From positions 62,001 to 126,000 of the forward strand of contig JAQGDQ010000547.1 of assembly GCA_030141605.1 (NCBI GenBank): DNA of 64,000 nt, read 5' to 3'. Shown piece after piece: positions 13,601 through 35,763 of the stretch. The notes beneath the pieces are model-generated. The model did not search any database. It was not told where the DNA came from and saw only the letters and a program-made list of their open reading frames with translations. Made by a program: the position numbers and the translations under genes. Source of the stretch: Tubiluchus corallicola. Taxonomy: Eukaryota > Animalia > Priapulida. Within the stretch, counting starts at the first letter, position 1, and each line of letters starts with the position of its first letter.

Positions 13601-16600
13601 TGTCCATATTACGTTCGTCGTGTCCAACTTACATCCATCGTGTCCATATTACGTTCGTCGTGTCCATTTTACGTTCGTCGTGTCCAACTTACATCCATCG
13701 TGTCCATATTACATCCATCGTGTCCATATTACGTTCGTCGTGTCCATATTACATTTATCACGTCCATTCATTTAGGATTTACCTTGTCCGTGTATCGCTT
13801 TGCTTGCAAACTGCTAAAATTTCTTTCTCTTCTTTTCAAGAGATTTCAATGTACACTGATCCACACTAAACACACCTTTGTTTCGGACTCAGAAATTAGG
13901 CTGTTAATAATATGAATCCAATACTAGATTAAACAAGCAGATCTCTATTGTTAAAACATGATCACAAAGCAAGCTCGAATATTCGAACACAATAAGTCCT
14001 AGCGAACAAAGCACAGTTAGCTAAACAGTATAAATTGCAACGTGACAAAGATTCTAAACTTCTAACCTCAGCTGGGCCAGCTACAACTACGTGAAAATAT
14101 CTTGCGTTCTTTTCATCTGGTGTGGCGCTGATTCCTGGAACTGGTTCTGCCATTAACCTCTGTGTTTCCTATTGAAAGGGAAATGTATGTAAAGTAATGA
14201 AAAACAGACACCCCGTAGCTTTTAATTTCGGATACCTGTTCATCGGAAAAATAATCGCCATCTAATAAACTAACCAGATAAGTATATTATAAAGAGTTTA
14301 CGGAAGTTTCTGTTTTTCCATATGCCATAAGAACATAATACAAAAATCAAATTTTGTCTCACAGTAAAAATTATAATCAGGTCACTTGTAAACATCTTTG
14401 CACTCTAATAAATAAAAGTAACATCATCACCATTTTGTCATTCACGATTAATTAAATATGCCTACTACACCCACCGCTGAACGGGCTATCTATCCATACC
14501 CAGTACCACCCTCGGCCCGTTCCCGTTCTCTACATCTCAGCCGTATAACTTTTGCAAAAAAAGGCCGAAAAATGGCCATTTTCGGAGGTTTGTCGCCCCC
14601 CCCCCTCCTCGCGGTGGGCCCAATTCGAAAAATAAACCATCAATGGCACGGCAGTAGATCGAGACCTTTCGTTTGATGTATAGATCGCCGCAAATGGTGC
14701 CCTCGTCCGGGCTGTAGCCTCGAAAATTATATATATATAAATTAAGCCCATACCAAGAATATTAATATAAGAGTATAGATAAAAGGTCGGCAGTCTCCAT
14801 TAGACGAGGACATTTGTATTTAAAGTCACTGTACTGTTATAGTTTTCCTATATCACATTAGAAATAGCACAGCAAACAGTAATACAGGCTTCACTAAGCA
14901 AACATGGGGTCTGTAGCATAATTATTTTACAAATAGGCCCTCCATAAACATAAATGTAATTGCTAAGTAAAAATATTGTGTTAAATTAAACAAAAATACG
15001 ATTTAAAAGACTTCGAAGGTATTGGTAGTTGGTCAGCTTGAGTGATAAACAAATTGCGACAGGCAATTTTTACATTTGGAAGTTCCAAATAAAATTGTCG
15101 GTGGAAAAACTTCCTCAGCAAAACATTGCGTGGTGCCAACACGAAAAGGAAAGAGCGTATTTAGTGGAAAGAAAATGAAGCAGTGATTATGCTACTTATG
15201 ACTGCATGGATGAACAAACTACATGCTATAAGCTGGTTGGCATCCTTCTGCCTCGGAAAACAATGGAGTGTGCGCCAAGAGAGTCAGTTATTGATCACAT
15301 TGATGGAGCTGCAGCTACTCTCAACTATACCCACGAAGGAACTCAGGTTAGATGTACTCGTCTTGCAATTGATTTGGATCCCGCTTCAACTTCTACTCTT
15401 GAGCACACGACTGTTGATCTTGTGAACTGCTTTAAAGTAATTAGTAGAAATACTGTTCTGACAAAGATGGACTTTTTTCTAGGCCTCACAGAGTCCTTCA
15501 TGGTCATGAGTCTAAGTTATTTGTGCAAGTAGCTGGAATCAACATCAGATCACAGTTCCTTGGATATCGTATAGTTCAACCGTGGAATCATCTTTCACCG
15601 TCAACCATCAGTGCTTCATCAGTTGACAGTTTCAAAAGGCATATGAGAGAGGACCGTTTACAGCTAGTTACCATCTAGGTCCTTATTTCTTTGGATAAGT
15701 GTGGAAAACATCTCGGATTATTCCAAAACACCAGAAAAGTCCTAAAGTCTTCTCAAGATTTGTCGTGCTATTGCCTTATCCAGGTATCCTAGATACGGCT
15801 ATTAAAAAATAATAGTCTTTCTATCTTTTATATCATTCCATATATGAGTTTCATTCATTACATCATTCCATTTTAAGCACTAACGTTTTTTTTTTATCAC
15901 GATTCACTTTAAATTTTCAGATTATCTCCATTACTTTTTTTTCTCTATCACTGTGTGGGACAATCTAACAAGCCCTGCTTTTTGATTGCCCACAACACAT
16001 TTACATTCGTGTATAAGTAAATAGTGCTTGAGGCTTTTCTGTGCAGTATTTTTCATTTGTATTATATCCATTGTAGGCCCTTTCACTGATATTGTATATG
16101 TAACCTGTAAATGTGTATGGTGAAATAAATGACTATGACTATGACTATTGGTAAAATCGTGGAAAAAATTATCTCCAATGCAATTCTTGATCATTTTATG
16201 ACATATCAGTTACTTAACAAATCTCAGCATGGTTTTTTAAGCAGGCGCTCTGTTACCAATAACCTTCTTATATTTTTTGAATTCGTTTACTCAAGTTCTG
16301 ATGAAAGCCACCCTGCAGATATGATTTTCTTAGATTTTGACAAGGCGTTTGACAAAGCACCTCATCAACGACTGCTTTTGAAACTAGAAGCCGATGGCAT
16401 TTCAGGTTCTCTCCATACTTGGATTGAGAACTGGCTAATTGGTAGAACGCAATACGTTGAGATCCAAGGTGTTAAATCGTCACGTGTGCCAGTTATATAC
16501 GGAGTTCTTCAGGGAAGTGTTCTCGGGCCACTGTTGTTCCTGATTTTCATAGACGATTTAGACCAAGAAATGTGTTCTAGGCTCCTGAAATTTGCCGATG

Positions 16601-18187
16601 ACGCAAAACTTACCAATACTGTGGGCTAGATACGGCAAGTAGAACACGGGACTTACGCGCCATATCGGCTTGGGCAAGATCTTGGCAAATGGAATTCAAC
16701 ACCTCTGACTCCAAGTGAGAAGTCATTCATGTGGGATGTAACAACAATCATCATCAGTATTATTTTAACAACACTATTTTACCAGCAGTTGACCTAGACA
16801 TAGACTTAGGACTCACCACCTATGCCAGTTGCAACTTCCGCAGCCATATTATTAGTAAATCAAAGAAGGGAATCAACTTCTTGGACTCGTTTCAAATACA
16901 ATTTCCTCAAGATCATTTCATGTATATTACCTCTTTACCTATCGTCAGATCCCCACACTGTATCTCGACACTAGGCGGAGGAGCTGCACAATCAGCCAAC
17001 GGCTAGAGGGCGGAGGAGGTCAAGTGACCCAACGGCCATGTGTAGAGGAGTAAACCTTCCAAATCAGGAGTGGAGCCCCGAAGGCGGACCAGTGCAGCAT
17101 GCTCACTGACTCCGGCAAGTCCTGCAGCCAACCTGGTGTCACTCCGCTTTCCTTTGGACTACACCAGGGAGGAAGAGAGGGGGTTCCTGTTGTCTGGGCA
17201 ACGCAGGATCTCCATACACCTTGCCCAGGCGTGCGCCCCGGAGACGTTCATCTGACTCTCTTGGCGTACACTCCATTGTCTTCCGAGACAGAAGGATGCC
17301 AACAACAACTATCGTCAGATCTCACTTGGATTATGTAAGTCACGTTTGGGACCCATACTTCAAGAAGGACATTGATATCCTAGAACAAGTGCAAGACGGA
17401 GCAGCCAATGTGATCCAATGACTTGATAATAAATCATATACTGAGAAATCACAATGTCTTGGACTCCATCGGCTCTCTTCTCGTACACGACGTGTTTGAC
17501 TGATTGAGATGTTCAAGATTCTACATGGTCATACCGATATCAACCATGAAACTTGATATCACCATAATTCACACTTGCATCAGAGGTCACTCTCAAGCTT
17601 TACAAACTCAGAGCTAATACCGAGCGATACAAGCACGGCTTTTCTAATGCCGAAATTGATCTATGGAATTCCCTACCGGAAGAAATCATGGAACTACAAA
17701 GAAAGACAGTTTCAAAAATGCACTAGAATGTAGAAAAATATTTATGCACTAAAGGTCTCCTATATTATCTTTGAGGTATAATTGGAGGCAAAGCACGTTT
17801 TTTGTAAATAACTATCCACGAAGAGCACAATGATTTGCCGGTTATTTATGTGAAGATAACTGTTTTGTTACACAACAAACAATACAACGTGCTCGCTGTT
17901 ATGATAAGCACATAAGGTATTCTTGGATACAGTATGCCAAAAGTGAAACTTATGTGATCAGTCTGCTGGAACTACAGGAAAAGCGTCAACAGAGAAGACT
18001 AACTTCAGCAAGGCTAGTATTACAAAGAAAATCACGATCCACATTTTTGTTTCCATCCCAAAAAAATGAGACAAAAAACAAGTTTCGAAAATAAGCCTGC
18101 TAACTTTCGTGTCAAACAAGTGCAATTAACAACAATATTAACATCAGGAGTTACCTTAATTATCCGCCTAGGTAGGCCAGATGACAT
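7667..18187 (-). CDS. UBE2N: Ubiquitin-conjugating enzyme E2 N (Ubc13/bendless), 152 aa, 5 coding exons
   Basis: Exons 18187-18155 ([11 protein letters not shown]), 14168-14067 ([21 protein letters not shown]), 11612-11468 ([36 protein letters not shown]), 10800-10660 ([38 protein letters not shown]..) and 7704-7667 ([12 protein letters not shown]). All introns GT-AG, phases consistent, 459 nt total; HPN motif and catalytic Cys present. Confidence 0.97.
8039..9162. repeat. 43-44-bp minisatellite, ~26 copies, UBE2N intron 4
   Basis: Unit agcacaccagcaccggcaccatttgttaccagcacacgttcata. Confidence 0.95.
10075..10585. mobile_element. hAT-like MITE, family A (TIR CAGGGATGAGAAT)
   Basis: cagggttgagact ... 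attctcatccctg; flanks cgactc/tgactc; near-identical body at 10859, 39179 and 62610. Confidence 0.85.
10859..11376. mobile_element. MITE family A copy
   Basis: cagggatgagaat ... attctcatccttg; same body as the 10075 copy; no TSD recognised. Confidence 0.85.
11785..12149. mobile_element. MITE family C copy (opposite orientation to the 4028 copy)
   Basis: taggggtgagcatcg ... aatgctcaccccta. Confidence 0.85.
12671..13765. repeat. 20-bp CpG-rich satellite with two variant units, ~55 copies, UBE2N intron 2
   Basis: Interspersed tgtccatattacgttcgtcg and tgtccaacttacatccatcg units. Confidence 0.95.
14454..14779 (-). mobile_element. Non-autonomous Helitron, 5' part only
   Basis: Same 5' end (A|TCTATACTCTTATATT on the minus strand) and body as the 58055-58894 copy. 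Confidence 0.8.
15232..15322 (-). mobile_element. 3' fragment of the 5S-headed SINE family
   Basis: Reverse complement of the 3' end of the 44202-44668 element (gctgcagctccatcaatgtga...gaaggatgccaac). Confidence 0.75.
16140..17760 (+). mobile_element. Decayed CR1-like LINE reverse transcriptase, interrupted by a SINE
   Basis: [43 protein letters not shown], then [25 protein letters not shown] and LWNSLP; contains stops and frameshifts. Confidence 0.9.
16952..17308 (+). mobile_element. 5'-truncated SINE copy nested in the CR1
   Basis: 13-bp TSD ctatcgtcagatc (16939-16951 and 17309-17321); (AAC)n tail; body matches 44250-44668. Confidence 0.9.
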
Positions 18188-18479
18188 GTTCATTCCTATA
18201 TCAAGCAATTAAAATATTAAAATTAAAATTTTCTTTTTTACAACACAAGGTGAATTTAACATGGAGACACCGTGTAAAACAGCTGGTGCCATCTGTTAGA
18301 CAAAGTGCTATAATTTTTTATCCTAAGTCACACAGATTGAAATCGCAAACCACAGATTCGCAAAAATGAAAAATTTATAATAAATTTAGCGTCACTGCCG
18401 AAGAATAGAGATTAAGCATAAACAGCTTATGGATCTCTCCACTCTTCCTTGTTTACTTTTGTAAAAGTAAAAATAAAGA

Positions 18480-19525
18480 AAATGAGTGACCATACTGTGA
18501 TCATGAAGTGTGGCACATGATTTTCTGTAGCCATTGTGGCTAGTTGGGATCTATAAATTTTTTTGGATTGCATTTCCAGTGTTTATTGAGACGAATTTTA
18601 AACTGGGCAGGATTAGACGCTTGAACTACAGTGTTAGGCAGCATGTTCCATTGATTAATTACCCGCCTTGCAAATGTAGACTTCCTTCTACTCCACCTTT
18701 GTGAAAATGTTTTCTTTTTAATTTTGTAGGAGTGACCTCTGGTACCATGATATGTCTGTCTGTGGAAAAGTATCTAGCTGTTGATAGTTTCTGTGCCTTT
18801 AAGGATACGAAATCTTTGAATTAAGTCTTGCCTTTTGCATATATACTTCAGAATTGAAAGGCCCAGATTTTTAAGTCTTGCACCATGAGAAACAGCAGGT
18901 ACGAGTCTAGTCTAGTAGCTTGACGTTGTATACTTTCAATTTTCCTTATCATGTCTTGACGATCTGGGCTCCATATCACATCACCATAATCCAATATAAC
19001 CATTGTGGACAAAAGAAAATCATCTTTAATTATTCTAAATCTAAATTTATGTTGTATATTTATCCTAATGTCATCATACTTTTTTGGTTTTGGATAGTGC
19101 TGCCACCTTCAGGTGCTCTTGTTAAAATTGTTGAACTTTCTCTTTCCTGTTTAAATTTTTATTGGCTTCTACAGTCTTTATGAATGCATAATCTCTAAAC
19201 CTGTTTTCACACCTAAATGATTTCACTTGTAGTTCTGGTCACTTGGTTTTCTGATTTTCAACTTGACACTACTTCACTGTTAATGTAGACATTTCAAAAT
19301 AAAATCTTGAAACTAAATTTTAAGTTTTTTGGTTTCTTCAAACCACATTGACTTGCATAACTTGGTCATCATAGATTCATCAAGATAAGAAAAGCTACGT
19401 TTGGCTACGGTCAGTGTTCCATGTGCTTTATTAACAACATTTCAGGAAGATCATTTATGTAAATAGTAAATAAAATAGGTCCAAGGACAGTTCCCTGTGG
19501 TATACCACTGGTCACATTAGCCAGT
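18480..19525 (-). mobile_element. Decayed CR1-like LINE fragments
   Basis: Minus strand reads [25 protein letters not shown] (~19440-19520) and FARRVINQWNMLP (~18635-18675). Confidence 0.75.
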
Positions 19526-19975
19526 CATTTTAAAATGATATGCAATGCAGCATAACCACATAACAAGTTGCAAAAGCAATCATTCTTGTATCGAAAGTCC
19601 TTTAAGCAAAAGCCAAGATTCTCAGAGCTTACTTAGGCAATAGAGAAAAATGTCAGGCTCGGTTTAGAAGATCGAATTTTCTTCAGATTTTTTCAGCCAT
19701 CAAAGCTGGGTGCTGCTAGAAGTTGTTGGATTAAATCAGACTGATGTCGGAGGACGTCACATATTACGCTTATAGGGACAATTTCTATCCGGGAAAGACC
19801 ATTAAACAATTTACATTTAGTAGATGGCATGGATTTACTTGAGAATCCATGCAAGCGTGGAACAATTTTGACGTTGACATCTGGCATTTTCGAACTGTGT
19901 GAGCATTGCATTTGCCACATTTGCCTTGCTAAGACATCCAAATGCCACAACTTATTATAATCATCCTTCAGCCAG

Positions 19976-20117
<142 letters not shown>

Positions 20118-20559
20118 AATCATTGATGGTTGGGTCCATTGGCACAGTCAGAGGTTAAAAAATTGGACGCAAAACCAGCTAGGGCCACTGGAGGAGCACT
20201 GTAAGCTTTTTGTGGGGGCCTGGGGCAGCCACCAACGCATATTCCAGGCCCCTTGGGCCCACTCCTAAATGTAGAATTTACAGTTAGCAAAAACTGTTTA
20301 GACAAAGGAAATCAATATGAGAATTGACAATATATAAGTGATATACATAAACGTAACTTCACTGCTCAGGGATGGCACAAACAAACAAGCAGTTGATGTG
20401 TGTCTTGGTTTACTGCTAAGAAGTTCTGTGGACACACGTGCGTCATTGCGTCCACTTGCCGGTGCCAATGGATGGGTCTAATAGCATTGGTCATAGCACA
20501 CAGTTTCAGTCTTGAACAAAATGTTGCACAATTTGGCTATTGTATTGCTTTGCTGTTGG

Positions 20560-20815
20560 TAGGGGTGAGCATTTTCTACCAAAAAGCGAATTTGAATCGA
20601 ATCCAATTTGTGTCTTTTGAATTTGAATAGAACCGAACTTCAGTATTTCAAATTCGAATCAAACAAGTTTTCGAACCACCAGTAAAATATTCTTACAAAG
20701 ATCATTAATATATTATTCGATTTTGTTCTGCAGTAAAATCACCAAAAAATTTGTTTCAAATTGAGAACAGAAATGACCACTAAATGAACTCGATTCGAAC
20801 ACCTGATGCTCACTG
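20560..20815. mobile_element. MITE family C, degraded copy
   Basis: taggggtgagcattttctacc ... atgctcac. Confidence 0.7.
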
Positions 20816-20828
20816 CTAACTTTAGGTG

Positions 20829-20873
20829 TCATCATTATCGTCATCATCATCATCATCCTCGTCATCCTCATCC

Positions 20874-20952
<79 letters not shown>

Positions 20953-21200
20953 CCTCCTCATCATCATCATCATCATCATCATCATTGTAATATGGGGGTG
21001 TGGGTGTTGTGGTGTAGATGACGTGGTGTGAGTAGGAAGGAGAAGTATGTGGTATCGTGTGGGTGGTGTGGTGCAGTGTGGTGTAGAGCAGTGTAGTGTT
21101 GGTGTAGCATGATGGGTGTGGTGTATTGCAGATGGAGTGGCGTGGGTGGTGTGATGTGATGTGGCAAGGTGTAGATAAGGATTTTGTGGTGTGGTGTATG
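20829..21200. repeat. (CAT)n microsatellite followed by a GT-rich low-complexity tract
   Basis: cat repeats at 20829-20985, then ggtgt-like repeats. Confidence 0.95.
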
Positions 21201-21263
21201 TGGCATATTTTTTGTTCTTGTGGTTCATGCACAAAAGTTTTTGCGTGGATTGACTAGATTAGC

Positions 21264-21615
21264 ATTAAAGGAAAGAACAAGTCACTCAGTATGTTGGGTT
21301 TGTTTTACTGTTATCAGTTAAACTTATAACAATAACAACTTATTGTAAAAAATATAACAAAAAAATTTGCAAAAAAAATTTTCTATAAAGCATAAATTTA
21401 AAATAGAAATCTGAATAGAAATATTCATGACGATGGTTGTTGCCACTCACTTGGAAATTACAATGTACTGGCAGAGTTCGTGGCATTTCATAAACGCATT
21501 ATGGCTTACCGTAGCCATGTGGTGCTTAAACTAATTCAAGCTTCTGCAGCTTACCTAAGGTTCTAGCAAAAATATTACAAAATCTGTTATCTAATTTTCT
21601 TGTAAAAACTTATTA
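21264..21615. repeat. Dispersed repeat, possibly a TTAA-targeting DNA transposon remnant; second copy at ~39905-40190
   Basis: Both copies begin ttaaaggaaagaacaa.tcact and share downstream blocks (..acaaaat....ta.ctaattt..ttgta.aaactta). Confidence 0.45.
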
Positions 21616-21711
21616 TAGTTTTGGAGAAGATCGATAGTGCGCTACTTTTATTCAAGATGAATGAAGACATTAGAAGAAGAATGGGCATTGAAAATGGGAG
21701 TGCCCAAACAT

Positions 21712-22060
21712 TAGGGGTGAGCATGGAACGCTCGAGTTCGAATGAGTTTTTTGGTTCAAATTCGATTTGAACCTAAAATTATAGATTCGAATAATTCACA
21801 CTTCTGTCACATACGTCCTTTATCATTAAAACGATTGAAACATCGTGCAATTTGCACAATTTAGCTGTGACACAATTTTAAGCAAATTATTTGTGGTTTA
21901 CTCAAGAACTTAATCGAAGAATTTTTACTGGTATTTTGAAAACTTGTTCTAAAATCTTTCAATCTTTTGAATTCGATTCCAACTCGAAATATTAAAATTC
22001 AGTTCGATTTGAATTTGAAAGTCACAAAATCGATTCAATTCGAATTCGCTTCCTGATAGA
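21712..22060. mobile_element. MITE family C, degraded copy upstream of Src
   Basis: taggggtgagcatggaacgctcgagttcgaat...; body similar to the 11785 copy. Confidence 0.7.
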
Positions 22061-22308
22061 ATTCGAAGCATGAAGTGGTCGAATTAGCCGCCAGCCGTGT
22101 CGCTGTAGTCTGTCGCGTGGAAAAATCTCCTACTTTTACCGCCTTTGCGCCTTTCTGCTTGAGATTTCTGATGACGAGTCAACCAAAAATGTATTTAGGA
22201 AGACATAATTATCTTTGTAAAATGTTAACCCAGTTTTTGAATAACAGCTAAATATCATTCATGATGTATTGTGTAGCGTAATAGGATTGTCTCTTTTTGT
22301 GCTTAAAT

Positions 22309-31123
<8,815 letters not shown>

Positions 31124-31180
31124 TTTGCTCACCGGATCAAGAACGGATTAATGTCAGTATAATTAATTGATGCTATAAAT

Positions 31181-31587
31181 CAGGGGTGTGCAAATTATCT
31201 GACTAGCCGGGCCACATTAAACATTCCGCAATTCCTGTGGGCCACGTGCAGTTTGGTCAAGGAGCCACGTACAGTAGGACCTAATAACGATTTTTTTTGC
31301 ATCCGATTTGCGCACATCATTACTACTACACTCAAGAAACTATTTTAGAAGTTATTATAATTTATATTAAAAACCATATATTTCGTCGTGTCCGACAGTG
31401 ACATTAAGCGACAACGGTCTTGTAAGGGTTAATGCCATCTGATCTAGAGGACAAAACTACGCGCACTGTCTTTGCGATATTGGCGCAGACTTCAGCTGGA
31501 TCACGTGGGCCGCACTTTCATTACGTTGACAAGCCTCTTCGCGGGCCGCACAAGATCTCTCGGTGGGCCGCAGTTTGCACACCCCTG
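31181..31587. mobile_element. hAT MITE, family B (TIR CAGGGGTGTGCAAA), in the Src 3'UTR
   Basis: Perfect 8-bp TSD ctataaat; gggccgca subterminal motifs. Confidence 0.92.
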
Positions 31588-32419
31588 CTATAAATGATTA
31601 AAACTAAACAGAGCATTTCTCATCTCATATTAGGTCTGGCCTTATTTTGACAAGCACCTCAGTCCAGACTAAGTTGTTATTCTAGCTAAATGCCCAGAAG
31701 CTTAAATTCTTTTCTGTCAATTTAATTCAAGTGCAAATCATGAGGTTAGTAATCCGATATCGTTGCTAACATTAATAAATCAAATACCTTTCTCATTTTC
31801 AGTTTGTTTAGTGGTTGGTGCCATGTTTATATAAAAAAATTTGTTTATCGCATGACTTGCAAAACTTTATTTGCAATTGCCACCATTGCTGTTACCGTTT
31901 TCAATTGCTAATATATTCAAGTTAAAGTGTATCACAGCATATCCCAGAAATCAACTGTAATTCATATGGTAGTCAGTCTTCAGCACTTACATGTGAATGT
32001 TTGACTACCACTCATTTCACAAACACTTGGGATGTTGATTGAGGTTCAGGATTTTCAAGTTTAAACACGTGTAATAAAAATCATTCTCTGAAACTTTGTA
32101 TTAAAGGTTACTAAGTAAGCCTGGTGCTATTCTCAGTAATAATTATGTTTGTGCTTATGTTGTAACTAACTGTATATCAAACTGTGTAATGTAGTTTCTG
32201 AATACTGTGAATTTGTGTGAGATAACCGTTGTTTGTTTTTATGTGCATTGTTCCACATTTCTTGTTACAGAGACATGGTGGTTTTTGTTTTCAAATAATT
32301 TTGATCCGGGTACATGTGATATATTCTTCCTAAAATTAGCACTTATTTTATGTATAAATCATACAGTTTGTTGCAGTATTATTTGACTAGAGTTCATGGT
32401 GTTTAGATCTGCGTGATGT

Positions 32420-32750
32420 CTGCCATGAGAGTGCGACCTCATCTAACCTCTTTGTAAATCTAACCGTGCTTTTAGCCTGCACCCGCACCATGTTTGTTTT
32501 CTTTCATTTCACCCCTAATCATAACCTCTCACCCCTTGACGTATGGCCCCCCCCTGGATTAGGGCAAACACATTTTTGGGCCATCACCAAATTTTTCAGA
32601 CACAGGTCAAATGACGAATAAAATAATTATAATTTTCCATAAAAGGAGATCTCGAAATTTCTCCATGCCGCCAAATGAAGTACGCTTAGCACCCAGGTAT
32701 TTTTTATCGTGGGGTTGGGTTCCGACTCGACAATTACCCACAATTTTTCA
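32420..32750 (+). mobile_element. Unclassified dispersed non-autonomous element; inverted copy at 37435-37778
   Basis: ccatgagagtgc..ctaacc..ctaaccgtgcttttagcctgcacc..ggggttgggttccgactc is the reverse complement of 37435-37778. Confidence 0.75.
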
Positions 32751-34273
32751 GATCTCATAAGCAGTTGCGATGAAAAAGGGATTTATTCCGGCTTATTTAG
32801 TTGCTGATTTCCCACTTACTGCATGGTGCATTGTGGACTAGCACAACAAATACACCTGTGCCATGTGTGTGTAAGTGAGCACAAATGTATTGATCAATCA
32901 AAATTACCGCCGTGTAATTAAGTGAAAATCTGCTTACCGTGTTTTTTTTGCGATGTGTTAAAATGTTATTTAAGTTGTGAGTATAAGGCGTACGTGAATG
33001 CTTTGGTAATTTCTCATTGTTCTAGTAATTTCTCATTGTTCTGTTATTTTCCCGAAGTTGTTGCTGTTTTTTTTGTTTAGTTATGTTACGAAAAAATTTG
33101 TTTTTGTGTATCACGAAAAAATTTGTTTTTGTGTATCATGGTTGTGCCCAAACAAATATTAATGACCACGTATTTATTTGCATAATGTGTTTTGCATGTT
33201 TAAAATGACGGTTTTTCGTTTCCTGTGTCATTATACATTTTGTTGGATGATGATATGCATGTTTTTGGTTCTCCCCTTGATTTAGCTTGTGGGCTTTTCC
33301 ACGGAGTTCTTGTGGTTGTGATAGTGTTGCCACCACCGCTAAACATTTACAAATTTAGACCTCGGGCTTTTTAATCTAAAATCAAGAAATTTGCACTACA
33401 ATTTGGTTTAAATTTTTTGATTTTTGTTTCCGAAAAAGGCCTCATAAAGCGTCCAAAATGCAGGGAATCACGCTTGCTTTTTTGGGCTCACATCCCAAAA
33501 CCCTGATTGGGGGAACTTGAGCGCTTCCTAGATCACCTGAATTCAGTTTGTGACAGAGTGGCAACACTAGGTTGTGAGAAACTAATTTGCGTTTCAGACA
33601 TTGGCATTTATCATATTTATGAAAGTATTTATAATCCGTACAATTTCATCTGCAAAATATTCCTTTGTATTACAGAGAAGATCGAAAAAAGTCACCCATT
33701 CTAACTTTACACATATTTAGTTGGTTACAAGTATGTTAGATTCTAGTATTTTACGTATACTTCCCAGTGCTGTAATAGCCTAGTAATTCTTATGGTCTTG
33801 TTAAAAATCATGGCTGTTTTAGTTAAATTTAAGTTTAGCTGTCCGACTTTGGATGGTATCGGTCATTTGTTATTGTTTTCCTTACGTATAATTTTTTTTT
33901 GATAAATAGTGAAACATAGCTTTAGGGTACTTCATAGCACTTAGTGATATTTATAGTATCTTCCAGCTATTTAACATTTTTGTACATTTCTGTATAATTG
34001 TTTACTTGTTGTATTGTTACTGATTACTCTGTCATAAGGTATCGTGAAATGGAATTACTATTTCTTTTTCTAATATTTCTATACGTGTATTATTCGTTAA
34101 TGATGATTTAGTTGGAAGAAGTTAAATCGAGATCTTCTTCCTCTGTTTCCAATAAGCATCTTTGTAGCTGTTGATTTGACCTGTTAAATTATGATCAGAT
34201 GCTATGCAGCCGTGGAAAACTTTTCTCAAGCATTGCTATGCTTCCGTGAATCTATTACTTATGAAAGCATTAT

Positions 34274-34657
34274 CAGGGTTCCCACGGAATTTTAAAATAA
34301 ATTTCCCCGACTCTTCAAAAACCAAATATTGATTTTCCATGATCAAAATAAGCAGAAATTGCATTACCACTATACATATTCAAGCATTTTTGCGTATGGA
34401 CATTCATACATATACTGATATATACTTGTATCGGCACAGTTGCAATCGAACAGAAATCGAAAATGGACGCCTGCCATAGTAAAATTTTATTTGAATGCGA
34501 ATTGCTGAAATATGCGTTTGGAAAAAACATCACTTCACAGTGATTATTTTTCCGTGAATTTTCATCATTTTCCCGCCTTTTTATCTAAGTATCTTTTTCC
34601 CTGACTTTTCGGGATAGCCTGTATTTTCAAGGATTTTCCCCGACCATGGGAACTCTG
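34274..34657. mobile_element. hAT-like MITE (TIR CAGGGTTCCCA) with 6-bp TSD
   Basis: cattat|cagggttcccacgg ... ccatgggaactctg|cattat. Confidence 0.8.
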
Positions 34658-35301
34658 CATTATGAAAAAGTAACAAAAACAGACATTACTTTAAAACCTG
34701 TCTTATCAATAATGTAGCTTAAGTGACAATTGAACATTGCAATGTTGCTATGGCAACAAGAGTTGTGTAATTTTGTGTGACAAAACATTACACAACCTGT
34801 AAATTTGCGATTATTTTCATTTTGTAAATATGACTGTGAAATTAACGACTTGAGTGATTTAATCAGGAAATAATGTGAAATCTATGGCATGCGTTTTGTG
34901 CATATCAGAGTTATATAAAATTTGTCGATAAATAACTAAATATAATGCATCGTGTTAATGTACTAAATAATAATTATTAATACTACCAGCTTTGATTATG
35001 ATGCGATTGTATGATTTGCAAATGCTTTATAAATAAAAACATTTTGTAAGATTATTCAGCTGAGAACGTCGTTGCTTTTGTCGGTTCCATTTTACACATC
35101 AATGAAAACAAAATCCACAGTTTTCTTTTACAAAAAACTTTAATTTCATTCGATTATGACATAATTCATAATGTCTGCATTAGTTTCAATTGTCAGACTG
35201 ATAAAGAGCTAACTAACAGCAGGTTAGTTGAACTTATTGTTGCATAAGAATCTTATTTCATTAGAAATAAATACTTCCCACATGATCAGAAAACTTTATA
35301 A

Positions 35302-35763
35302 CAGGTGTGTGCAAATTATCTGACTAGCCGGGCCACATTAAACTTTCCCGCAATTCCTGCGGGCCACAGGCAGTTTGATCAAGGAGCCAAGTACAGTAGG
35401 ACCTAATAACGATTTTTTGGCATCCGACCTGCGTACATCATTACCACTACACTCAAGAAACTATTTTAGAAGTTATTAAAATTTATATTGCAAACCATAT
35501 ATTTCTACTTTCAGGACAGATAGTGGTAATTTCATTACAATGCATATTAGTAATGTGTATCACACAGTCTGTGTAGTACAGTGACATTAAGCTACAACCG
35601 TCTTGTAAAGGTTAATGGCATCCGATCTAGTAGAAAAAACTACCGGGCACTATCTATGGGATCGTGGCACAGACTTCAGCTGGATACACTCAATTAATCG
35701 CCCGGGCCGCACTTTCATTAGGTTGACAAATTCTCTCGGCGGGCCGCAATTTGCACAACCCTG
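35302..35763. mobile_element. MITE family B copy
   Basis: 8-bp TSD ctttataa; same body as the 31181 copy. Confidence 0.92.

Noticed and set aside
12638-13915. Three long overlapping ORFs of 369-425 aa
   Set aside because: They are translations of the stop-free 20-bp satellite, lie antisense in a UBE2N intron, and show no domain content.
16129-16629. Active reverse transcriptase gene
   Set aside because: It is 5'-truncated, has a stop just after the FADD motif, carries frameshifts and contains a nested SINE.
20713-21234. Poly-His, poly-Asp and poly-Met ORFs
   Set aside because: They are translations of the (CAT)n microsatellite. The same applies to ORFs over the (CT)n, (TCAA)n, (AAT)n, (AAAGT)n and (AAGT)n tracts.
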